Of a stretch of 21,806 nt of DNA, positions 15,776 to 21,806 are shown one piece after another (the first letter of the stretch is position 1; each line of letters begins with the position of its first letter). Location of the stretch: NCBI GenBank assembly GCA_040905565.1, contig JBBDRF010000046.1, forward strand, positions 1 to 21,806. The letters run 5' to 3'. The stretch comes from Phycisphaeraceae bacterium (GTDB taxonomy: Bacteria > Planctomycetota > Phycisphaerae > Phycisphaerales > Zrk34). A program made the translations under genes and the position numbers. The notes under the pieces are model-generated. The model had not been told where the DNA came from and searched no databases. It saw only the letters and a list, made by a program, of their open reading frames with translations.

Positions 15776-16750
15776 TCAGGCCCGGACGCGGCCGCGGCGG
15801 CGCAGGGTGAGTGCGGCGACACCGGTGACGAGGAGAGCGACGCTGCCGGGCTCGGGGATCATGGTCTGGTAGGCCGCTTCGGCGATCAGGGCGTGGCCGA
15901 CACGCGTGGGGTGGGACACGTCGTCCAGCTCGTCCCAGAAGAGGTACTGGTCGGCCTGAGTCGGGTCGCCGGTGAGGGCAGCCTGATCGACGATCGACAG
16001 CTCGTCGTGGTAAGCTTGCGGATCGGCGCTGACGGCTTGGAACAGCGTGCTGATATCGAACTCGTGGATGGTGACATCGTAATCGCTACGGACGAGCGTC
16101 AGTTCGCTGGCCAGATGGGCGTTGAAGTCGGCGGTAAGCGTGTTCAACTCGTCGCGATTGGTGGTGTTGATGTGCAGGGGCAGGTCGCCCAGCGGGGAGA
16201 GGTTGGGCACGAGGAACTGGTGGCCGCCCTGCTGAGCGAGGCGTGCGACATGGCCGGCGATATCTTCGGCAACGCTGTCGAACGGCGTGCCGGCGTAAAG
16301 ATCGTTGGCACCACCCCAGACGACAAATAGCGTATCGCCCGGCGACTGGCCGCCGAGCGCGCCGAGGTAGGAATCGACTTGGGTGCCCATGTTGGGAACG
16401 CCGAGGAAGTTGGTGCCGCTGCCGGTTTTGGCGCTGCCGAAGGCGAAGTTCAGGCCGCCGAGCCCGACGGCCTGGACGGACGCGCTGCCGACGTTGGGGA
16501 CGATGCGATCGGCGAGGTGCTCGATCCAGAGGGGCCCGTTGGAGAAGCGGCCCTGGTAGTAATCATCCCAGGAGAGTACGAAGGGGATATCGGCCCCGCC
16601 GACGGCGTCGTAGAGGTTGCCGGTATCGCTGAGGCTGTCGCCGAAGACGGCGATGGCGGGCACCTCAACCGCTCGAACGTCGGAAGCGGCTGCACCGATG
16701 CCCAGAAGGACGACGAGCAGACCTGTGACGATCCTGTATTTCCCAGACAT
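15776..16750 (-). CDS. Secreted SGNH/GDSL esterase with PEP-CTERM tail
   Basis: FGDSLSDTGN, GRFSNG, NFAFGSA, WGGAND, DVSHPT. C-terminal IPEPGS, hydrophobic segment and RRRGR. ATG 16750 follows GGGAG. Confidence 0.92.
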   Translation of the reverse strand: MSGKYRIVTGLLVVLLGIGAAASDVRAVEVPAIAVFGDSLSDTGNLYDAVGGADIPFVLSWDDYYQGRFSNGPLWIEHLADRIVPNVGSASVQAVGLGGLNFAFGSAKTGSGTNFLGVPNMGTQVDSYLGALGGQSPGDTLFVVWGGANDLYAGTPFDSVAEDIAGHVARLAQQGGHQFLVPNLSPLGDLPLHINTTNRDELNTLTADFNAHLASELTLVRSDYDVTIHEFDISTLFQAVSADPQAYHDELSIVDQAALTGDPTQADQYLFWDELDDVSHPTRVGHALIAEAAYQTMIPEPGSVALLVTGVAALTLRRRGRVRA

Positions 16751-16914
16751 GCCGACTCCCGCTTTTGCGTATAGCATCATGTGACCCCAGAACTTGACGT
16801 TCATCGGGTCATAGAATAACGCTTGCGGGGACGGGGTGCCAGTGGCGCGCGATATACCGACGCCGCGTGCGGGAAGCGGGCGTCAGAAAATCAACGGCGG
16901 TCTGCAATTGTCCG

Positions 16915-17355
16915 CTAACCCTCGGTGCCTGGCTCGCTGGGTTCGCTGCTGCTGCTAGCCTGCTTGCGTTCCTCGAGCAGGTCGAGGGCGGTGAGGATGA
17001 GCTTCTCAAGCCTGAGGGGTTTGTGCAGGTAGGCGTCGACGCCCAGCGTCTCGGCGTAAGCCTGGTGACGGCGGCCTTCGTTGGCGGTGACCATGATCAC
17101 AACCGGCGGCGGCTCCTGGGTCTTGACCCGCTCGAGCACAAGGAAGCCCGAGCGCTTGGGCAGCATCATGTCCAGCAGCAGCAGGTCGGGCGGATCGCTT
17201 TCAGAGACGTGGACGGCGGTGTTGCCATCGGAGCAGCACTGCGTGAGCGCGCCCTCGGACTGCATGGCCTGCTTGAGGACGGCGAGAACGTCGGGATCGT
17301 CGTCGACGATAAGCACGCGGACGCCTTCCAAACGCTTTTTATCGAAATTATCCAT
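16915..17355 (-). CDS. Single-domain response regulator (CheY-like receiver)
   Basis: VLIVDDD, LLLLDMMLP (phospho-Asp), VIMVTA, YLHKP; no output domain. Confidence 0.92.
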   Translation of the reverse strand: MDNFDKKRLEGVRVLIVDDDPDVLAVLKQAMQSEGALTQCCSDGNTAVHVSESDPPDLLLLDMMLPKRSGFLVLERVKTQEPPPVVIMVTANEGRRHQAYAETLGVDAYLHKPLRLEKLILTALDLLEERKQASSSSEPSEPGTEG

Positions 17356-17460
17356 GGCGGATCTTTCACCCAGAATATCAGTGGGGGTACGTATTGTGCG
17401 TCTACGTAGTATGCCGATTCGTGCCGGTTCGGTCAATACTTGTCGGGGTGTGAGACGCGG

Positions 17461-18477
17461 TCATTGCGGCCGGTGCGAGAGGGTCTGGAGTTTCTGGACA
17501 TCGTTTTCATCGAGCCAGGGTAGCGAGAGCAGTTGCTGACGAAGGCCGTCGGGCATGGGTTTGCCCAGGCGTTCGAAGCGAGGCTTGGATTTCCAACGCC
17601 GATGGAGCCAGAGGTATTGCTGAGGATCCTCGCGGATCATCGTTTCGATGGCGCGCGTGTAGCGGGCGGTCAGGTAGAAGAGCGGGTCCTCCGCCTGCTG
17701 CCAGTCCTCGGGGCGGATGATGTCGGTGGTGCCGACGTCGAAACCGAAGCCGGTGTTCCAGCGCCGGGCGTAACCGCAGATGACGGGGGCGTTGTAGCGC
17801 AGGGCGAGAAGCCCGATGGATTTGTAGGTCGACGCAAGGCGATCAAAGAAGGGGACGAACATGCCCTTGTTGCCGGCGTTCTGGTCGGCGATGAAGGCGA
17901 GCGTGCCGCCGTTTTCGAGGACATCGACCATGGAATCGGTGGCACCGAACTTGGTGATAATCCGCATGCCCCGTCGTTCGCGGACGCCGAGGAGCCAGCG
18001 ATTGACCAGCGGGTTGTCGATCGGACGTGCGATGGCAGACAGGTCAATCCCGAGCAGGCCCATGACGTAGCCGAGCACTTCCCAGTTGCCGTAGTGGCCG
18101 GTGACAAGGATGGTCGGGCGGTCTGAAAGGACGAGGTCCAGCGATTCCTGGAGGTTATGCAGGTGGACGTGGTGGGCCCAGGTGTCCTGCTGAATCAGGC
18201 GAGTGGTGAACATCACCTCGGTGCCGAGCTTGAGGAAGTGCTGCATCGAGCACTCGGCGATCTCGGCGATGCGGGCTTCGGGGAGGTCGGGCATCGCCAT
18301 GCGGAGATGCTCATGGGCACGTTCACGGTGGCGTCTGCTGTGACGGTAGAGCAGCGACCCCAGGCCGACGGCCGATTTGAGGTTGCGCTCGACGGGGAAG
18401 GTGTGCATGGCCATGGTCGCCAGCCTCAGGGCCAGGTACTGCGACCAGTTGACCAGCGGCGATTGATTGCGTGCCAT
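17461..18477 (-). CDS. Lipid A biosynthesis (LpxL/HtrB-family) acyltransferase
   Basis: VTGHYGNWE (H-x4-E), ARPIDNP, FIADQ, VPFF, PQQYLWLHRRWK. Start is 18477 or 18525. Confidence 0.9.
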   Translation of the reverse strand: MARNQSPLVNWSQYLALRLATMAMHTFPVERNLKSAVGLGSLLYRHSRRHRERAHEHLRMAMPDLPEARIAEIAECSMQHFLKLGTEVMFTTRLIQQDTWAHHVHLHNLQESLDLVLSDRPTILVTGHYGNWEVLGYVMGLLGIDLSAIARPIDNPLVNRWLLGVRERRGMRIITKFGATDSMVDVLENGGTLAFIADQNAGNKGMFVPFFDRLASTYKSIGLLALRYNAPVICGYARRWNTGFGFDVGTTDIIRPEDWQQAEDPLFYLTARYTRAIETMIREDPQQYLWLHRRWKSKPRFERLGKPMPDGLRQQLLSLPWLDENDVQKLQTLSHRPQ

Positions 18478-18566
18478 GAGCGAGTCCAATAGCAGGAGAG
18501 CCGACCCGGCTGGATCGGCTCTCACTGTTTGTGTGATTCTAGATTTCGGCGTGGCCGCTGCCGCTT

Positions 18567-19994
18567 TTAGTCGCGGGTATGACCGATGAGCGCGAGGAAG
18601 CGGTTGGCGTTGAGCACCGGGATGCCCAACTCGCGTGCCGCTGCGACGATCGTCTGGTACTGCTGCCAGTTCTCTTCGGCGCGGACCGCCTGCTGAATGC
18701 GGACGGGGTCACGCTCGCCCGGCGCGAGCTCGGGGGGCATGCTCGGCTCACGGCCGACGACGACGAAATCGACATCCGGCGGGACGGGCTGATTGTCAGC
18801 CAGTTCGCTGTCGAACCGGGCGGAGAGCTGATCCCGCCGCTGCTCCGGATCGACGACGGTACCGCCCCACTCGCGGACGAGGGTCAACACGGTTTCACGG
18901 TCGGCGACGGAGTAGTTCTCGTCGTTGTCGAGGTCGAAGTCACCGAAGACGAAGAACTTGAACTGACGTTCGCGATCGTAGACAAGGTTGGCGATGGGAT
19001 CGCCAGGGAGCACCGGCTGAGCTGACGAGGCGCGGACGATGCGACCGGCGGCGGAGGTGTCGGAGATGTCGACGATTTCGATGGTGGCTTTGCCACGCAG
19101 TTCGCCGTCCTCGCCGACTTCGACGCCTCGGACACGGTCGAAGACTTCGAACCGCATGCCGAGCACCATGCGATGTCGGCGGCCGAGGTCGATGTAGGCC
19201 ACATTGCGTTCGGTGGAGACGGAGACGATGCGGCCGTCGCTTTCGCGTGTGACATCGGGGACTTCAGGCGTCTCGCCGCCGAGCTTCTGGATGAGCTGGC
19301 GAATGCGTGAGTCACGCTGAACCAGCTGGCCTTCCATCTGGCTGATCTGGTTGTCACGCTGGCGAATTTCCTGTTCCGCTTCGTCGCGGGCCTGCTCCAG
19401 ACGACGGCTGAGTTCGCCACGCTGGGAGGCGACCTGCTCGCGGAAGGCTTCGTAATCGTTGTTCAGCGAGTCGACGGCGGCGGTGAGCTCAGCGACCTGA
19501 GCTTCCTGAGCTTCCTGCGTGGTGCCGGCCTGTTCCTGCAGATCGTCGAGCTGCTGCTCGGCGGCGCGGGCGCTGACGACCGCGCTTTCAAGCTGGCCCT
19601 CAAGGCGCTGGAGTTCGTTGGTCATGTCGGTGAGCACATGAACGAGGACGTCGCCCTCACCGGCACCGACGTCGGCAAGACGTGAGGCGATGGCCTCACG
19701 GGAGGCATCGGCTTCGCCGACGATGAGGCTGCGCAGACCTTCGAGTTCGTTCCGCAGGGCGGCGAACACGGTCGGCGTTGAGCGACTCTGCATGGTGGCG
19801 TAAAGGTCCGAGCCTCGATCCTGCGAGGAGGCGACCTCGTTGAGCGAACTGTTGGCCTGATCGGCCTGGACCCGCTGTTCCTCAGCCTGCATGTAGAAGA
19901 CGACCGCGAGTGCGGCTGTGATGACAAACAGGAAAACGAAAAGAACGAGCGTGTATAGTACGCTGTCGCCGCGGCGAACTCGTCGAACATCCAT
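18567..19994 (-). CDS. Membrane-anchored coiled-coil protein with beta-barrel-like and BRCT-like C-terminal domains
   Basis: AAGGAGG lies 8 nt before ATG 19994. Basic N-terminus, one TM helix and a long Q/E-rich heptad region, then GRIVSV..AYIDLG, KFFVFG...LVREWGGTVV...VDFVVVG...ARELGIPVLNANRFLALIG. Confidence 0.8.
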   Translation of the reverse strand: MDVRRVRRGDSVLYTLVLFVFLFVITAALAVVFYMQAEEQRVQADQANSSLNEVASSQDRGSDLYATMQSRSTPTVFAALRNELEGLRSLIVGEADASREAIASRLADVGAGEGDVLVHVLTDMTNELQRLEGQLESAVVSARAAEQQLDDLQEQAGTTQEAQEAQVAELTAAVDSLNNDYEAFREQVASQRGELSRRLEQARDEAEQEIRQRDNQISQMEGQLVQRDSRIRQLIQKLGGETPEVPDVTRESDGRIVSVSTERNVAYIDLGRRHRMVLGMRFEVFDRVRGVEVGEDGELRGKATIEIVDISDTSAAGRIVRASSAQPVLPGDPIANLVYDRERQFKFFVFGDFDLDNDENYSVADRETVLTLVREWGGTVVDPEQRRDQLSARFDSELADNQPVPPDVDFVVVGREPSMPPELAPGERDPVRIQQAVRAEENWQQYQTIVAAARELGIPVLNANRFLALIGHTRD

Positions 19995-20084
19995 CAGGCA
20001 TGCCTCCTTGGCGCTGGTCAAGCACGTCGAGCGAAGGGCGCCGATCGCGGACGGATGCGAGGCGACGCCGACTCAGCGGCGTCA

Positions 20085-20113
20085 AGTATCGCCGCAGTGG
20101 GCCGTGGGGTCAA
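20085..20113 (-). promoter_or_regulatory. Candidate sigma70 promoter downstream of nusG
   Basis: Minus strand TTGACC (20113-20108)-17 nt-GATACT (20090-20085). Confidence 0.6.
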
Positions 20114-20196
20114 GCCGACATTCACGAAACGTGACGGGGCTTTGAAAATACCCCCACAAACACGTGAGGCGAGGCCGGCCCGGCTTGACGTTTTTT

Positions 20197-20949
20197 CTAC
20201 TCGTCGACGCGTTCGACGAGCCAGTATTCCATTTCCACAGGCGTGGCACGGCCGAAGATGGTGACGATGACGCGGACCTTGCCCTGCTCGGGCAGCAGTT
20301 CGTCGACATTGCCTTCCATGTTCTCGAACGGGCCTTCTTTGATGCGGACCTGGTCGCCGGGCTCGAATTCCATGCGGACTTCGGGCTGATCTTCGGGCTT
20401 CTTGGAAGCGGCGACCATTTTTTCCACTTCGTCGACGTTCATGGCGGCGGGACGGCCCGCAGTGCCGATGAAGTCGCCGACGCCTGTGGTTTCTTTGATA
20501 AGGAAGAAGACATCCTGGGGGATGCGGCCATCTTCTTCGAGTTTCATCTCGACGAAGACGTAGCCGGGGTAGAGCTTGCGTTCGGTGACGCGTTGCTTGC
20601 CGCCCTTCATCGTCTTGATTTTTTCGGTGGGCACGAGGATGCGGCTGACCAGATGCTCATAGCCTTCGATCTTGATCTTGCGAAGCAGCGTCTCCCGCAC
20701 CGAATCCTCTTTGTTGGAGGCGACGCGGAGAACGAACCAGTTCATGCCTGGCGTGATGAGCGGTTCTTCCTCATCGCCGGCCTCGCTTGACGCGGGGGCG
20801 TCATCTGCGTTGGCGGCGGGCTCCGCGGCGTGCGCTTCGGGCTGATCAGGCGTGGGCTGCTCGGGCTGCTCGTTTTTAAGCTGCTCGGCGTCGTCGGCCT
20901 GCTCAGGCGTCGAATCAGCGGAGGAGGGTTGGGGCTTGGACTCAGACAT
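20197..20949 (-). CDS. nusG: Transcription termination/antitermination factor NusG with acidic N-terminal extension
   Basis: WFVLRVASNKE, RKLYPGYVFVEM, KOW domain FEPGDQVRIKEGPF, VTIFGRATPVE. Confidence 0.97.
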   Translation of the reverse strand: MSESKPQPSSADSTPEQADDAEQLKNEQPEQPTPDQPEAHAAEPAANADDAPASSEAGDEEEPLITPGMNWFVLRVASNKEDSVRETLLRKIKIEGYEHLVSRILVPTEKIKTMKGGKQRVTERKLYPGYVFVEMKLEEDGRIPQDVFFLIKETTGVGDFIGTAGRPAAMNVDEVEKMVAASKKPEDQPEVRMEFEPGDQVRIKEGPFENMEGNVDELLPEQGKVRVIVTIFGRATPVEMEYWLVERVDE

Positions 20950-20965
20950 GAACCACTCCGAGGGG

Positions 20966-21376
20966 TTAGGCTTGCAGAACGTTGATCCACCGGAAGAAAC
21001 TGGCGAACGCCACGTCGGCGAGCCACAGCACGCTCATGAAGATGAGAACGACGAAGATGACGACGCGGGTGGCGCCTATCACTTCTTTCCGCGTGGGCCA
21101 GTTGACCTTCTTCATCTCGCCTTCAGTGGCGACGAGAAAGTCGACGGTGCGGGGTTTTTTGCCAACCCAGCGGAACAACATCCAGCCGAAGACACCGATG
21201 ATGAGCACGGCGGCGACGGCCTGGTAGATCATCAGGTTGTCGTTCTCGGCGCCGACCATGACGCTGAGCTGCTGGGTGAACCAGTAGGCCCCGGCGAGGA
21301 TGAGGACCCCGCCGCCCAGCGCGGTCATCAGCCGGGTCCAGTACCCTTGGCCTGATTTGTAAAGTTGCGTTTCCAT
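20966..21376 (-). CDS. secE: Preprotein translocase SecE (3-TM type)
   Basis: YKSGQGYWTR and FLVATEGEMKKVNWPTRKE; lies between tRNA-Trp and nusG. Confidence 0.95.
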   Translation of the reverse strand: METQLYKSGQGYWTRLMTALGGGVLILAGAYWFTQQLSVMVGAENDNLMIYQAVAAVLIIGVFGWMLFRWVGKKPRTVDFLVATEGEMKKVNWPTRKEVIGATRVVIFVVLIFMSVLWLADVAFASFFRWINVLQA

Positions 21377-21437
21377 CGGTGCTCACGGCTCCGTCAGGGA
21401 AAGACGCGGGATCCGTTCATTCGGATCCCGGTACGAA

Positions 21438-21510
21438 CACGCCAGGAGGGAGTCGAACCCCCAACCTGCCGCTTTGGAGGCGGCTGCTCTGCCAATTGAG
21501 CTACTGGCGT
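21438..21510 (-). tRNA. trnW: tRNA-Trp (CCA anticodon), 3' CCA end not encoded
   Basis: Cloverleaf ACGCCAG-TA-GCTC AATTGGCA GAGC-A-GCCGC CTCCAAA GCGGC-AGGTT-GGGGG TTCGACT CCCTC-CTGGCGT-G, in the canonical position before secE. Confidence 0.97.
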
Positions 21511-21580
21511 TCACGCGACCGGCGGCGATAGCCATGCACGAGTCTACCCGACAGGCGGGAGGAACTCCATGCAGTGGCGA

Positions 21581-21760
21581 TCACTTACGCTTGATCTTGT
21601 GGAGTGTATGACGCCGCAGGCGGGGGCTGTACTTTTTCAGGCCCGCTTTGAGCTTGTCGGGCAGGCCGCCGCGCACGTTGATGGGTGTCCGATAGTTCAG
21701 ATCACCCGTCTCCGAGCATTGGAGCCAGACATATTCAACTGCGAGTGCTTTCTTAGCCAT
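21581..21760 (-). CDS. rpmG: 50S ribosomal protein L33 (59 aa, below the ORF-track cutoff)
   Basis: Manual translation MAKKALAVEYVWLQCSETGDLNYRTPINVRGGLPDKLKAGLKKYSPRLRRHTLHKIKRK; AAGGA Shine-Dalgarno; synteny with trnW-secE-nusG. Confidence 0.93.
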   Translation of the reverse strand: MAKKALAVEYVWLQCSETGDLNYRTPINVRGGLPDKLKAGLKKYSPRLRRHTLHKIKRK

Positions 21761-21806
21761 CGAACGGTTTCCTTGGAAGTTTGCATTGATTCAGCGCCTC
21801 GGGGGG

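Noticed and set aside
16790..16802. GAAC-N5-GTTC as a LexA box
   Set aside because: The Gram-positive SOS box is GAAC-N4-GTTC, and the downstream gene is an esterase.
21377..21510. tRNA-Trp as an integration site
   Set aside because: No integrase and no duplicated tRNA 3' end in the window; secE follows directly.
21511..21580. Minus-strand ATGGAGTTC resembling a fluoride riboswitch
   Set aside because: No downstream pseudoknot partner (GATGAC..CTAC). It is a plain hairpin between rpmG and tRNA-Trp, and the context is wrong.

Overview
GC-rich bacterial chromosome segment, most likely Planctomycetota and probably Phycisphaerae. This is inferred from DUF4159- and DUF2617-like proteins, PEP-CTERM tails, a secreted sulfatase and the gene order. 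Left to right: a 3'-truncated HEAT-repeat gene missing from the ORF track; a DUF2617-like gene; eda; a catalytically degenerate histidine-phosphatase gene coupled to accD; a small lipoprotein; and a PEP-CTERM vanadium-haloperoxidase/PAP2 enzyme. Next is a minus-strand run of HEAT lipoprotein, RsbW-like kinase, STAS, MlaE and a large DUF4159 protein. After that come an isolated rpsL-rpsG pair with its own promoter and terminator, an arylsulfatase, a formate/nitrite transporter, a PEP-CTERM SGNH esterase, a receiver-domain protein, an LpxL-type acyltransferase, a membrane-anchored coiled-coil/BRCT-like protein, and rpmG-tRNA-Trp-secE-nusG. I saw no transposase, integrase or CRISPR array. The best leads are (i) a partner-switching kinase/STAS module joined to an MlaE permease, (ii) a pseudo-phosphatase translationally coupled to accD, and (iii) several families of intergenic palindromic repeats and candidate structured RNAs. 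All calls come from reading motifs by eye; no searches were run.
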